From contig CAWIPH010000002.1 of NCBI GenBank assembly GCA_963837955.1, positions 1,760,001-1,824,000 of the forward strand: DNA of 64,000 nucleotides, in the 5' to 3' direction. The notes beneath the pieces are model-generated. The model was not told where the DNA came from and did not search any database. It saw nothing but the letters and a program-made list of their open reading frames with translations. Positions 9,065 through 19,009 of this stretch are shown here, in pieces. Position 1 is the stretch's first letter. The number at the start of each line of letters is the position of its first letter. The translations under genes were made by a program, and so were the position numbers. Source of the DNA: an uncultured Verrucomicrobiae bacterium. GTDB lineage: Bacteria > Verrucomicrobiota > Verrucomicrobiia > Chthoniobacterales > JAFAMB01.

Positions 9065-10378
9065 TTATTTCAGATAACCACCCTGTTTGACGGCCCGTTC
9101 AACCTCAGTCTGGCTGGCTTGGAGCGCTTGATCCACCGTCATCTTGCCCGTCAAAGCCGCAGCAATGTTCTGCCCAACCTGTAAGCCCATTGATTGAAAT
9201 TCTGGGATCCCCACGAATTGCACGCCAATGTAGGGTACTTTCTTGATGGCAGGGTTGGTCGGATCAGCCGTTTGCATCGCCTTTAGGGTTACCGCGGCAA
9301 AGGGTGCCGCCTTCTGGTAGTCGGCATTATCGTAGGTCGATTTGCGTGTGCCCGGTGGCACCGTAGCCCAACCTCCGTCCTCGGCCGCTAGCTTAATGTA
9401 TTCCTTCGAAGTGGCCCACAAGGCATACTTCAAAGCAGCATCCGAATTCTTCGATGATTTCGGGATCGCTAGGGCCCAAGACCAAAGCCAATGCGAGCCA
9501 TTAGGGGTGGCTTCAATCGGAGCAGAAGCAAAGGCTACCTTGTCAGAGACCTGCGATTGGTTCTTATCAAAAAGTGGACCGGCTCCCGAGGTAGCGTCAA
9601 TCCACATCGCCGCTTTGCCGCCAGCAAAGAGAGTCAGATTCTCGTTAAATCCATTGGAGCTGGCTCCGGGTGGGCCATCTTTCTTCATCAGATCAACGTA
9701 AAAGGTGATAGCCTTCTTCCACTCTGGAGTGTGAATCGTCGGCTTCCAGCTCATGTCAAACCAGGTCGCGCCAAAGGTGTTTAGCAGCGTGTCGACGTAG
9801 GCCATGTTCTCGCCCCAGCCCGGTTTGCCCCGGAGGGTGATTCCGTAGATACCAGCGGATTTATCTGTCAGCTGATCGGCAAACTTCTGAATGTCCGCGT
9901 AGGTCGGCTGCTCTGGCATGGTCAAGCCTTTGGCCTCAAAAAGATCCTTGCGGTACATCAACATCGAACTCTCGGCGTTGAAGGGTATGGCATAGAGCTT
10001 ACCTTCGTAGGAAAGTCCATCTCGGATGGACTTGAAAACGTCTTCAATGTCGTAGTCGGCCGGCACGTTCTCAATGGCCTTTAGCCAACCGCGTTTGGCA
10101 AAGATCGGCGCCTCGTATAGACCGAGATAGACCAAGTCAAACTGGCCGCTGCCTTGCGACACATCGGTAGTGACCTTTTGTCGCAGGACGTTTTCCTCCA
10201 GCACGACCCAGTTAAGTTTAATATCGGGATTCTGCTCTTCAAACTTACTCGAGAGCTTCTTCAATCGGATCATGTCCGGGTTATTCACGACGGCGATGGT
10301 GACCGTCTTCTGCTGAGCGAAGGCGCCGGATAGCGCGGTTAGCCCTGCGACGCAAAGAGCTAGGAACTGTTTATTCAT
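9065..10378 (-). CDS. Polyol (sorbitol/mannitol) ABC transporter substrate-binding protein, SmoE/MtlE-like
   Basis: Signal peptide, TIAVVNNPDM, LEENVLRQKVTTD, RGKPGWGENMA and PYIGVQFVGIPEFQ motifs. Confidence 0.88.
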   Translation of the reverse strand: MNKQFLALCVAGLTALSGAFAQQKTVTIAVVNNPDMIRLKKLSSKFEEQNPDIKLNWVVLEENVLRQKVTTDVSQGSGQFDLVYLGLYEAPIFAKRGWLKAIENVPADYDIEDVFKSIRDGLSYEGKLYAIPFNAESSMLMYRKDLFEAKGLTMPEQPTYADIQKFADQLTDKSAGIYGITLRGKPGWGENMAYVDTLLNTFGATWFDMSWKPTIHTPEWKKAITFYVDLMKKDGPPGASSNGFNENLTLFAGGKAAMWIDATSGAGPLFDKNQSQVSDKVAFASAPIEATPNGSHWLWSWALAIPKSSKNSDAALKYALWATSKEYIKLAAEDGGWATVPPGTRKSTYDNADYQKAAPFAAVTLKAMQTADPTNPAIKKVPYIGVQFVGIPEFQSMGLQVGQNIAAALTGKMTVDQALQASQTEVERAVKQGGYLK

Positions 10379-10451
10379 GATTTTGGGGGAATTAGGAAGG
10401 ATTTGAAAATAAGATACCCCTCAAACGAGCATTTGCCAGTAACGGGGGCAA

Positions 10452-11423
10452 ATGTCAACTTCGTTCGAGAAAATGCAGCCTTCGGCGGACAACGATAAAT
10501 TGGATCAAGCAGCTCGGGTTGCCTGGTTATATTACGTAGGAGGAAAGACTCAGCAAGAGATCGCGACCGCTCTGCACGTTTCCCGCCAAACAGCTCAGCG
10601 GTTATTGGCGACCGCGCTGGAGAAGCGGCTCGTCACTGTCAGCCTCGACCACAAAATCAGCGGCTGCGCTCGTTTGGAATACGAGCTTCGGAGTCGATAT
10701 GACCTGCGCCTGTGTGAGGTCGTGCCGTTTGATTCCGATGATGAGGTTGTTATTCAGCAAAAGATTGCCGTCGCCGGCTCGGTTATCATGGAGCGCTATC
10801 TTGCCTCCGAGGAGCCCATCGTTGTTGCGCTCGGAACCGGCCGAACACTGAAGGCAGTGATCAAGGCCCTGCCGCTTTTGCCCAGACCGCAACATCAGTT
10901 TGTTTCCCTGATCGGCACTTTTGCCATGGATGGTTCCAGCAACATTTACGACGTGGCGCTCAGTACCGCGGAAAAGACTGGGAGCCGTTATTATCTGCTT
11001 CCGGCGCCGCTCCTGGTCGCTTCGAAAGAAGAACGGATACGCTGGTGCGAAAATCGTCTGTATCGCACGGTCGCCGCTATCGCGGGCCGAGCGAACGTAA
11101 CCTTTATTGGTATCGGTCAGGTCGGGCCGAACTGCCCGTTGCAGCGAGATGGCTTCATGTCGCAGCGGGAGGTAAAGAGTTTGGTCAAAGCCGGCGCGGT
11201 CGGCGAAAGTTCGGGCTGGATGTGGGACCTGGACGGTGAGCTGATAGATCTTCCCGCTTATCACGAAAAGCTGACCAGCATCTCGCCGCAGCGAAACTCG
11301 AAGAACCCGGTTATTGCCTTTGCCGGTGGACGAGCGAAAGCCAAAGCGGTTCGGGCTGCATTGAAAGGTGGCTGGATCAACGGGCTCGTGACCGACGAAT
11401 CGTGTGCTGCTGCGCTTGTTTGA
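10452..11423 (+). CDS. SorC/DeoR-family sugar-binding transcriptional regulator
   Basis: ARVAWLYYVGGKTQQEIA HTH, GTGRTL, and NGLVTDE C-terminus; divergent from the binding-protein gene. Confidence 0.9.
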   Translation: MSTSFEKMQPSADNDKLDQAARVAWLYYVGGKTQQEIATALHVSRQTAQRLLATALEKRLVTVSLDHKISGCARLEYELRSRYDLRLCEVVPFDSDDEVVIQQKIAVAGSVIMERYLASEEPIVVALGTGRTLKAVIKALPLLPRPQHQFVSLIGTFAMDGSSNIYDVALSTAEKTGSRYYLLPAPLLVASKEERIRWCENRLYRTVAAIAGRANVTFIGIGQVGPNCPLQRDGFMSQREVKSLVKAGAVGESSGWMWDLDGELIDLPAYHEKLTSISPQRNSKNPVIAFAGGRAKAKAVRAALKGGWINGLVTDESCAAALV

Positions 11424-11438
11424 CCGGTACGTTGCGCT

Positions 11439-11918
11439 TCAACGCTGGGGTCCCGCTTCGCTAGTCAGTTGTTCCGTCAATCGATTCAAGAAAGGTAACT
11501 CTGAGGCAATTATCTTGTTCTGTGCTTCCGCGATCGTGAAAAATCCGGCTCGATCGATCTCCGGGAACTGTTGGCGGTGACCTGATTTCGGCGGCCATTC
11601 GATCTCGAACAGATTACTGTGAATGGACGAAGGGTCGCAAGTGCCCCGGAACGCCCAGGCATGAACCGTCTTGCCGGAGCGTTGACGCGCTTCACCGAGC
11701 GGGAGGTATGGACCTGCCGGCGGACAGCCCGTCTCTTCGGTAAACTCCCGGATAGCGGCGGCTAGATAGTCTTCTCCTGGTTCGACCTCTCCGCGCGGGA
11801 TTGTCCAGGCGCCACTATCTTTCCGTTGCCAGAAAGGGCCCCCGGGATGAACGAGGAGCACTTCCAGACCCTGGTCGGCGTCGCGGTACATCAGTAGGCC
11901 TGCGCTTATTTTGGGCAT
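11439..11918 (-). CDS. NUDIX hydrolase (COG4119-like)
   Basis: LLVHPGGPFW and the Nudix box GEVEPGEDYLAAAIREFTEETG. Confidence 0.9.
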   Translation of the reverse strand: MPKISAGLLMYRDADQGLEVLLVHPGGPFWQRKDSGAWTIPRGEVEPGEDYLAAAIREFTEETGCPPAGPYLPLGEARQRSGKTVHAWAFRGTCDPSSIHSNLFEIEWPPKSGHRQQFPEIDRAGFFTIAEAQNKIIASELPFLNRLTEQLTSEAGPQR

Positions 11919-12065
11919 GACGAAAGAGAGAATGGAGTCCGGAGCGAGGAGGGTAGGAGCGAAGGCGGAATCGGTTCTGTGACCGAATTCTATTAGGCCG
12001 AAAATAGGAATCTGGAGTTTGGAGACTCCTGTTTCCGAATTCGGTGTTCGCGGTTCCTCCTTTAG

Positions 12066-12524
12066 CTACTTCTTCTTGGCAGGCGTTGCCTTTTCCTTCT
12101 TCGGCGTCGTTGCGGCTTCTTTCTTCGTAATCGTCACCTTGTCCACACTGCCTGTCGAGGAAACCACCGCAGTGAAGTCGAAATCCTTCGACTCATTGTT
12201 GCTAAATGTTACGCCCGTGTTGCAGACGATTTCCACCTCGGTAGGTGAGATCCATTTTGCGGAGATGAAGGTTGGTAGGACAATCTTCCCGACCTTCGCT
12301 ACCGGCACGCCGTATGCCTTTGCGATGTGCGGCTTTAGCGAATCGATATCCTCATAGAAAAGCCGAATGATTTTGACACCTGAGCGTAACTGAATCACGT
12401 CGCGTCGCCCCGATTTATCGATCTGGAGCGCATTCGCGTTATCCGGCGAGGGTATCTGCTGTATTTCGACAGCGTAACTTAACGGTGCCAGACCAAGAAT
12501 GAGGAGAAGGAGGAACTTTTTCAT
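12066..12524 (-). CDS. Secreted hypothetical protein
   Basis: Classical signal peptide MKKFLLLLILG and a Lys-rich tail. Confidence 0.7.
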   Translation of the reverse strand: MKKFLLLLILGLAPLSYAVEIQQIPSPDNANALQIDKSGRRDVIQLRSGVKIIRLFYEDIDSLKPHIAKAYGVPVAKVGKIVLPTFISAKWISPTEVEIVCNTGVTFSNNESKDFDFTAVVSSTGSVDKVTITKKEAATTPKKEKATPAKKK

Positions 12525-12626
12525 CGGTATTTTTGATTAGGCGCGTACGAGCTGCACTTAGTCAACCACAGTAGAGCGAGGCGTGAACGGAGTAATTCAC
12601 TTTTTGTTTTTGAAAGAAAAATCGGC

Positions 12627-12659
12627 TTGACGCTCAATTTAATGCGAATGATTCTCAGT
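12627..12659 (+). promoter_or_regulatory. Promoter overlapped by a Fur-like box
   Basis: TTGACG at 12627, then AATGCGAATGATTCTCAGT (12641-12659), which resembles the Fur inverted repeat. Confidence 0.6.
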
Positions 12660-12666
12660 CTCATCA

Positions 12667-13578
12667 ATGGATCCTGCGAGCCTCAGAACCTTCTTTCTCC
12701 GTTCCCGCACCAAACTCGACTCCCGAATGGGCTGCATCGGGCTGTTGTTTCTGACGGTTGCTGGATCGTTTCCCACCAGGTCGTTTGCCGATGAGCAACT
12801 CTTTGGCTGGGTCCTCGGTGCCGAGACGCTTCCCTGCAATCACGCCGAAGCCTACGAGTTTTTGACATTCCGAACGGGAAAGGTCGAAGGCACTTACCTC
12901 GGATCCGATGCCGAAACAGAAGTGGAGTACGGATTCACGGACAGATTCCAAGCGAGTCTCTCTGTAGAGAATCACTACTTTTACAATCACGGCGTGGATG
13001 GACCCAGGGACGCGCTCAATGACACCAATGGCTACCGATTCGGCGGTCTTGCCATTTCTGGGAAATATCGCGTTCTGAGTCCTTTCAAGGATCCGGTTGG
13101 TTTCGCTCTCCGCTTAGAGGGCGGTTACCTGGCTCATGATGAAGTCGATGGTCTAAAACAAAATGAGATCTACGTTGCTCCGCAGTTCATCCTGCAAAAG
13201 GATTACTTCGATGACACCCTCATCTTTGACGTCAACACCGGTGCTGAACTCGCCTGGGGAAAAAGACCGGCTGAACAATATCCGTACGAACTGGCGTTGA
13301 CCGGGGGAGCCGGCGTCTCCTACCGATTTGCAGCGAATTGGTATTTTGGCTTGGAGAGCCATGTCCGCTCTGAGTATCCCCGGTTTGACCTGGGAAACCA
13401 TGAACACACCGTCATCTATGCCGGACCGAGCCTGCATTACGGCACGCAACGATGGTGGGTAACGCTGAGCTACGGGTACCAGATCTATGGCTCGGGAATA
13501 CATGAACCCGCTTCGGGCCAGACCTTCGCGGAAGAGGTAAGGAACCAGATCCGCCTGAAAGTCGGATTCAATTTCTAA
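12667..13578 (+). CDS. Outer-membrane beta-barrel protein (DUF6662-like)
   Basis: Signal peptide, DEQLFGWVLGAETLP, ETEVEYGFTD, amphipathic strands and terminal RLKVGFNF. Confidence 0.75.
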   Translation: MDPASLRTFFLRSRTKLDSRMGCIGLLFLTVAGSFPTRSFADEQLFGWVLGAETLPCNHAEAYEFLTFRTGKVEGTYLGSDAETEVEYGFTDRFQASLSVENHYFYNHGVDGPRDALNDTNGYRFGGLAISGKYRVLSPFKDPVGFALRLEGGYLAHDEVDGLKQNEIYVAPQFILQKDYFDDTLIFDVNTGAELAWGKRPAEQYPYELALTGGAGVSYRFAANWYFGLESHVRSEYPRFDLGNHEHTVIYAGPSLHYGTQRWWVTLSYGYQIYGSGIHEPASGQTFAEEVRNQIRLKVGFNF

Positions 13579-13637
13579 TAAGCGTTTCACCAGCGAGCGC
13601 GACCCGACTTGATCAGCCCTCGAATCGAAGAACAATT

Positions 13638-14162
13638 ATGAAAGAGTGGATTCCTTTTGTTATAGTGCCCGCCGCTCTCTCCGGTAGTGCCGTACCCGGA
13701 TTGGCCAACACTTATCTGACGGTCGAACAGGCTCAGCAGACCATTTTCCCTGCAGCCTCCTTTACTCGATTGAATATCTCACTCACTGCCGATCAGCAGA
13801 AGAATATCGAGTCCCAGTCGGGAGTCCGGGTACGATCCCGGGACCTCAGGGTCTGGAAGGTGAGCGGAGGTGGTTGGTTCATCGTCGATGAAGTGTTGGG
13901 TAAGCACGAATATATTACCTATGCGCTGGGCCTGAACGCAGGAGGAACCGTAAAGCAAATTGAAGTTCTGGATTACCGGGAAACATATGGGTACGAAGTC
14001 CGGGACGCGTCATGGCGCCAACAATTTGTCGGTAAGACAGATCAAGCTCCACTGAAGCTCGACCAAGACATTCGAAATATCAGCGGTGCGACGCTCTCCA
14101 GTCGACATATCACCGAAGGAGTGAAGCGCCTGTTGGCCACTTATGAAGTCGCACTGCGATGA
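13638..14162 (+). CDS. Secreted FMN-binding (flavinylated) protein
   Basis: YRETYGYEV..WRQQFVGK and the ApbE flavinylation motif ISGATLSS. Confidence 0.88.
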   Translation: MKEWIPFVIVPAALSGSAVPGLANTYLTVEQAQQTIFPAASFTRLNISLTADQQKNIESQSGVRVRSRDLRVWKVSGGGWFIVDEVLGKHEYITYALGLNAGGTVKQIEVLDYRETYGYEVRDASWRQQFVGKTDQAPLKLDQDIRNISGATLSSRHITEGVKRLLATYEVALR

Positions 14163-15054
14163 GTTAAGGAGAGCTCGACCGCTACTCGGCACGATCGTTG
14201 AAATCGTGATTCGTTCTGGCCGAAAGCCGCCTTCAGTCGACGCATTTGAGCAGGCGTTTGCGGCGATTTCCGATGTCCAACGGCGGATGAGTTTTCATGA
14301 TCCAGATAGCATGCTGTCACAGATCAACGCGCACGCCTTTGCGCGAGCGGTTCCGGTGGATGAAATGACCTTTAAGGTCCTCAGTTGGGCGAGCGAGTTA
14401 CACCTGCTTTCAAATGGACTTTTCGATCCGACCATCGCCCCGGACCTGCAACGCGCCGGATTCTTGCCGCGGAATAATTGGGTCCCGAGATCGGTCGAGA
14501 GCGAAATTTCATTTTCCGATATTGAATTGCTCAATGGGAATTGCGTCCGTTTCCGGCGGCCTGGTGTGCGCCTGGACCTTGGCGGCGTGGCCAAAGGATT
14601 TGCCGTGGATGAGGCCGTCATGGCGTTACGCGCGGCCGGTATTGAGAGCGCATTAGTGAATGCCGGCGGCGATCTGCGCGCCTTTGGCTCCCACTCCTTC
14701 AGCATCGAAATTCGCAACCCGCTCGATCCTGGAAGGACACTCGCTCCGCTCCTATTATCCGATCGTGCGGTTGCGACTTCCGCTCATTATTTCGCGGACC
14801 GAGTGAGGCCGGGCGCTCGCATGGGGCCGTTCGTGAATCCGCGTCTCCGGACCTTTCATGGTGCTCCATTGTCAGTGACGGTGGCCGCGTCGAGTGCGAT
14901 GGTGGCAGACGCGCTCACTAAGGTTGTGATGCTCGAGCCAGCAAATTCGCCAGTGTTGCTGCAGCGCTTTGCAGCATCAGCACTTATCGTCGATCCGAGC
15001 GGATCGATCTTTTGCACCCCGTATTGGCATGAAACGATCAAAGCTGCGGCTTAA
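14143..15054 (+). CDS. apbE: FAD:protein FMN transferase
   Basis: RPLLGT, FDPTI, DLGGVAKGFAVD, VNAGGDLR, VATSA and ADALTK motifs. Confidence 0.92.
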   Translation: MKSHCDELRRARPLLGTIVEIVIRSGRKPPSVDAFEQAFAAISDVQRRMSFHDPDSMLSQINAHAFARAVPVDEMTFKVLSWASELHLLSNGLFDPTIAPDLQRAGFLPRNNWVPRSVESEISFSDIELLNGNCVRFRRPGVRLDLGGVAKGFAVDEAVMALRAAGIESALVNAGGDLRAFGSHSFSIEIRNPLDPGRTLAPLLLSDRAVATSAHYFADRVRPGARMGPFVNPRLRTFHGAPLSVTVAASSAMVADALTKVVMLEPANSPVLLQRFAASALIVDPSGSIFCTPYWHETIKAAA

Positions 15055-15499
15055 TCCCCTGACCGAGCTGTTCGTCTATCTGATATTCGGTCTGTTGCTG
15101 ATTACCGGTGTTGTATGGATGTTCGCGCAAGCGAGACTAGAGGAAGGTAACCAGGTCTCGAGTCTAATGCTTAAGCTGCACGGGGCCGGGGCGATGGCCG
15201 CCCTGATTCTACTCGGAGCCTTGATTAACCATGTGCGTAAAGGCTGGAAAGCTCGGAAGAACCGGGCTTCGGGGCTGACACTACTGCTTGTAGTCGGCTT
15301 CCTCGTTGTAACTGGTTACGGTCTTTACTATTCCGGCGATGAGCAACTGAGAACCCTGATTAGCCAATGGCATGCTTGGATCGGGTTGGGCCTTTTTCTT
15401 CTAGTGCCGGCGCATGTCTTGATCGGACGCGCACTTCGACGAAAACGTGGCCGGCTTGCGGAACGATCCATTATGCAAGAAGGGAGAGTAACGGAGTGA
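15029..15499 (+). CDS. Four-helix membrane protein with His residues (cytochrome b-like, DUF4405-like)
   Basis: ATG at about 15029 overlaps the apbE end. Motifs KLHGAGA, NHVRKGW, TGYGLYY, WHAWIG and PAHV give four membrane-associated His. Confidence 0.7.
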   Translation: MKRSKLRLNPLTELFVYLIFGLLLITGVVWMFAQARLEEGNQVSSLMLKLHGAGAMAALILLGALINHVRKGWKARKNRASGLTLLLVVGFLVVTGYGLYYSGDEQLRTLISQWHAWIGLGLFLLVPAHVLIGRALRRKRGRLAERSIMQEGRVTE

Positions 15500-15530
15500 T
15501 GGTGGCGGCAACTGTTGCGGACCGCGGCTG

Positions 15531-15638
15531 GTCCGACGACCGTGTCCGACGAAGCTCTCCGCTACATCGGCGACGTCCCAAGATCAGCGAAGTCGGAAGC
15601 CTGCCGGAGTTTCAAACGACAGAGCGGAGTTGGAGAAC
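15531..15638 (+). repeat. Nested REP-like element (unit A inside unit A)
   Basis: Shares outer sequence CCGGAGTTTCAAACGAC.GAGCG.AGTTGGAGAACG with 571-680; the inner spacer differs. Confidence 0.75.
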
Positions 15639-15660
15639 GCCAAACGCCAAACGCGCAACC

Positions 15661-16689
15661 TCACGCCGAGCATCTCAACACGGTGAGCGCTGCATGAGCC
15701 GCAGCAGTCCGATTTTCGACCATCAGTTTGGCAAAGACTCTCTCCAAGTGTTTTGCAACCGTCCGAACCTTGGAGGCAAGAATGATCGCGATTTCGGCGT
15801 TGCTCTTTCCTTGGCTCACCCAGAGCAATACCTCGGCTTCTCTATTGGTTAGGCCCAGTCTTTGGAGAGGGAGGGCATCAAGCCGCTGAACGCTTTCGCG
15901 CAACAGCAAGCGATATTCCGGAGCGTTAGGTTTAGATATGGTCTGTATCAGCAGTGTTTTCTCACCAAAATCAATGGTGAGATCCGGCAAGGGCAAACTA
16001 ACAGCGGCGTGCGACCTCGCTTTCTCGCTGAGCCAAGTTATTACGCGGTTGGGCAGGACAAATTGCGAATCCGGATAAAAGTACTCTTTCAACAGCTTTC
16101 GCGCTTTGGTCGTAGCATATCGAATTCTCCCAGCCTGATCCGCCACAAGAAAACCAACGTGCGCAATTCCAACAGCCTCAGATAGATAGGAATTTAGCTT
16201 GCTCGCGTTGTAAGCCTGCGCCAAATGCGGCCGAAGCATTAATAGCATTCGGTGCTCTTCCTCCGAAAAACAATGAGCGGAGCGGCTCAGGGTTACGTTA
16301 AGTTGGGAACGTCCTTCCGAAGCGGTGAAGTCGAGATGATGTTTTTGGCAAAGCAAACCCAGCAAATCGTTGTGCAGTTCGGTTCGACAGCCGTGTGCCT
16401 GCGCGGAAAAGTGTAGGATCCGGAGGGAGCCGTTGTGTTTGTAGATGCCACCCACGTTGCGGCGTTGATTCAGCCATCTACCCAAGACTTCTACGTTAAC
16501 ATTTAAGGCCGGAGCTATTTCAATCCGCTCGGCGTCGTTTTCGGTAAGTTCGTCGTACGAATAGAAATCGCACAAGAAGCAGAGCCGGAGAGATGCAAAG
16601 AGGCGGTTAGGAAAATCGCCATGTGTTCCGGGTCTGTGTAGTTCTACTATCGCCTGCGAGAGCGTGCGCAGAGTGGAATCTGACAGCAT
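15661..16689 (-). CDS. LuxR-type HTH transcriptional regulator with N-terminal sensory (GAF/PAS-like) region
   Basis: C-terminal LTNREAEVLLWVSQGKSNAEIA..TVAKHLERVFAKL. Confidence 0.88.
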   Translation of the reverse strand: MLSDSTLRTLSQAIVELHRPGTHGDFPNRLFASLRLCFLCDFYSYDELTENDAERIEIAPALNVNVEVLGRWLNQRRNVGGIYKHNGSLRILHFSAQAHGCRTELHNDLLGLLCQKHHLDFTASEGRSQLNVTLSRSAHCFSEEEHRMLLMLRPHLAQAYNASKLNSYLSEAVGIAHVGFLVADQAGRIRYATTKARKLLKEYFYPDSQFVLPNRVITWLSEKARSHAAVSLPLPDLTIDFGEKTLLIQTISKPNAPEYRLLLRESVQRLDALPLQRLGLTNREAEVLLWVSQGKSNAEIAIILASKVRTVAKHLERVFAKLMVENRTAAAHAALTVLRCSA

Positions 16690-16853
16690 AACTGTGTGTT
16701 CTTTTTGGGCATTCGCTTCACTAAGAACTCCGTTATGGGTATGGTTTTCGATCCGTGATAACCTGGTGCACTATATCAAATATGGCGCACTAGTAAGAAG
16801 CAAGACCGTTCCGGACTTGCGATTTAATTGCTTCTCGCTCGAAGATTTTCGCT

Positions 16854-17028
16854 GGGAGGGCGCACAGCCTGTCCGACATAGCTTTGGTTCATCGCGCTCA
16901 ACGACCGCGCGTTTCTGCGACGTCGGATCCTCGCGATCCGCGGCGCACGAGGATCCGACGTCGCTAAGGGCTCGGGTATTCTGTGCAGGCATCCGAAAGG
17001 CTATGTCGGACAGGCTGTGCGCCCTCCC
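16854..17028. repeat. Composite palindrome: REP hairpin B with unit A in both arms
   Basis: Near-identical copy at 37372-37545; an uninterrupted form at 61077-61130. Confidence 0.85.
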
Positions 17029-17200
17029 GGGGCCAAGAACCGCACCTCCCTTATGTTGACGCATGCGCTGCCTCGGGATTGCTGCCAAAGATAGGCGTGT
17101 GTCCGGAAGCCGGGAGGTCATGCTTCAAAAAGAGCATTCGCTTGACGACGTCGAGGACGACGAGCACGAAGACGATCAAGGTGCGATGATTACACCAGAC

Positions 17201-18682
17201 TCAATCGATATAAGCTTCTTCGCCATGTTCTGCAATGTCGAGGCCCGCGGTCTCAATATCGGGATCCACTCGAAGGCCGAGAACCACATTGAGGACGAGG
17301 CCGATAATTGCAGTGGCAATAACCGAAAGCAGTAGGGTGACGATGACCGCACCGACTTGTGAGAGAAAGAGCGTGCTCAAAAGTTTATCGGTGAGATTGC
17401 TATTCGCCTTGCTGGTGGCGAGCAGTCCCGTGAGCAACGCACCCAGAGTTCCCCCGATAGCGTGCACACCAAAGGTGTCTAGTGCGTCATCATAGTTGAG
17501 CGCCGGCTTTACGATCGAGACGACGATGTACGGAACGATAGCTGCAAGGACACCAATGATCACCGCTCCGCTAGATGATACATATCCGCAGGCGGGAGTG
17601 ATCACGACCAGCCCGGCGACCGCACCTGTGCAATAACCGAGCACACTCGCTTTGCCGCGGAAGATTTTTTCTATCAATGCCCAAGTGAACGCGGCGATCG
17701 CGGTAGCCAAAGTGGTGGTGGTGAACGCGTTCGCCGCAATACTATCAGCGGCCACAGCGCTGCCGGCGTTGAACCCGTACCATCCCACCCACAGCATCGC
17801 GGTTCCCACCATGCAAAGCACCAGACTATGAGGCGGAAGCGGTTCCTTCTTGTAGCCGATGCGCGGTCCCACAATCAGACACAATACCAGCGAGCTCCAG
17901 CCCGAAGTCATGTGCACAACAGTTCCGCCCGCAAAATCGATTGCCTTAATGGTAGAATTCGGGTTCCAAAGGCCGTTCATGAACCCGCTGATGCCCCAAA
18001 CCATGTGCGCAATCGGGAAGTAGACCAGGAACATCCAACAAACCATGAAGACCATCAGCGTGGTGTATTTCGTCCGTTCAGCGATGGCACCGATGATCAA
18101 CGCGGGCGTAATCACCGCAAACATCATCTGATACATTGCGTAGACGTTTTGTGACACCCAATAGGCGTAGTCAGTGTTCGGAACAGACGTGACGTTATTG
18201 AGAAAAAAGAATTCCGATCCGCCGAAGAACGGATTGTTAAAGTTCTTGCCGAATACCAGGCTGTACCCGAACGCCCACCAAAGAATCGCGACCAGTCCGG
18301 TAATTCCGAAACACTGGGCGAGCACTGATAAGACGTTTTTCCTGCGCACCAATCCTCCGTAGAACAGCGAGAGGCCAGGTAAGGTCATGAAAAGCACCAG
18401 GGCGGCCGCAGTCATCATCCAGGCGTTGTGCCCCGGCCCGGAAACGTTCAGAGAGGGAGTCGTGAGGTTGTCCGGAACTTTTCCCTCCTTATCCTTCAGC
18501 GCAGTCGAAGGATCGGCATTATTGAGATAAGCTTCCAAACCGGCCACGCGTTGTTCCAGCGTGGGGCTCGGAGCGGGCGAGGTCTGCGGGCTTACGGTCG
18601 GCTGCTGGGCGGCAGCAATGCGTCCCACCAAAAGCGAGAGAAGAACAATGATACGGATTATCGGGGTGTGGAGGGGTCTCAT
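17201..18682 (-). CDS. amtB: Ammonium transporter (Amt family)
   Basis: LVLFMTLPGLSLFYGG, FAVITPAL, DFAGGTVVH, WVGWYGFNAGS, DDALDTFGVH and GLDIAEHGEEAY motifs. Confidence 0.95.
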   Translation of the reverse strand: MRPLHTPIIRIIVLLSLLVGRIAAAQQPTVSPQTSPAPSPTLEQRVAGLEAYLNNADPSTALKDKEGKVPDNLTTPSLNVSGPGHNAWMMTAAALVLFMTLPGLSLFYGGLVRRKNVLSVLAQCFGITGLVAILWWAFGYSLVFGKNFNNPFFGGSEFFFLNNVTSVPNTDYAYWVSQNVYAMYQMMFAVITPALIIGAIAERTKYTTLMVFMVCWMFLVYFPIAHMVWGISGFMNGLWNPNSTIKAIDFAGGTVVHMTSGWSSLVLCLIVGPRIGYKKEPLPPHSLVLCMVGTAMLWVGWYGFNAGSAVAADSIAANAFTTTTLATAIAAFTWALIEKIFRGKASVLGYCTGAVAGLVVITPACGYVSSSGAVIIGVLAAIVPYIVVSIVKPALNYDDALDTFGVHAIGGTLGALLTGLLATSKANSNLTDKLLSTLFLSQVGAVIVTLLLSVIATAIIGLVLNVVLGLRVDPDIETAGLDIAEHGEEAYID

Positions 18683-19009
18683 CGAGCGTTCAGTTCAGAG
18701 TTTAAAAAGCCTTTGTAACGCGATTGATTTTGGGCGGACCGAGTGAGCGGGCCAAGGCTTTTCATTAGGGGGTGGTCAGCATCCTTCTAGGCCGAACCGA
18801 ACAGAAGTTCAAATGCCTTGATAGCGCAGTCTTATTTACTCGGGTTTGTTGGGCTAGTGGGACGAAAGGTCAAAAAAGCCGGAGGGCGGGGTGGGAAAGC
18901 TGAAGCCAGAAGCCGGAGTAGGAGAGCCGCGAAAGAGCGATTGGCCTTTGCGGTGTTAGTTGGCTCGGCCCAACAACGCGACGGCAATCTGCGATCCTGA
19001 CACGTTGCG

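Noticed and set aside
18690..18830. Sigma54 promoter upstream of amt
   Set aside because: No TGGCAC-like site with GG-N10-GC spacing was found by eye.
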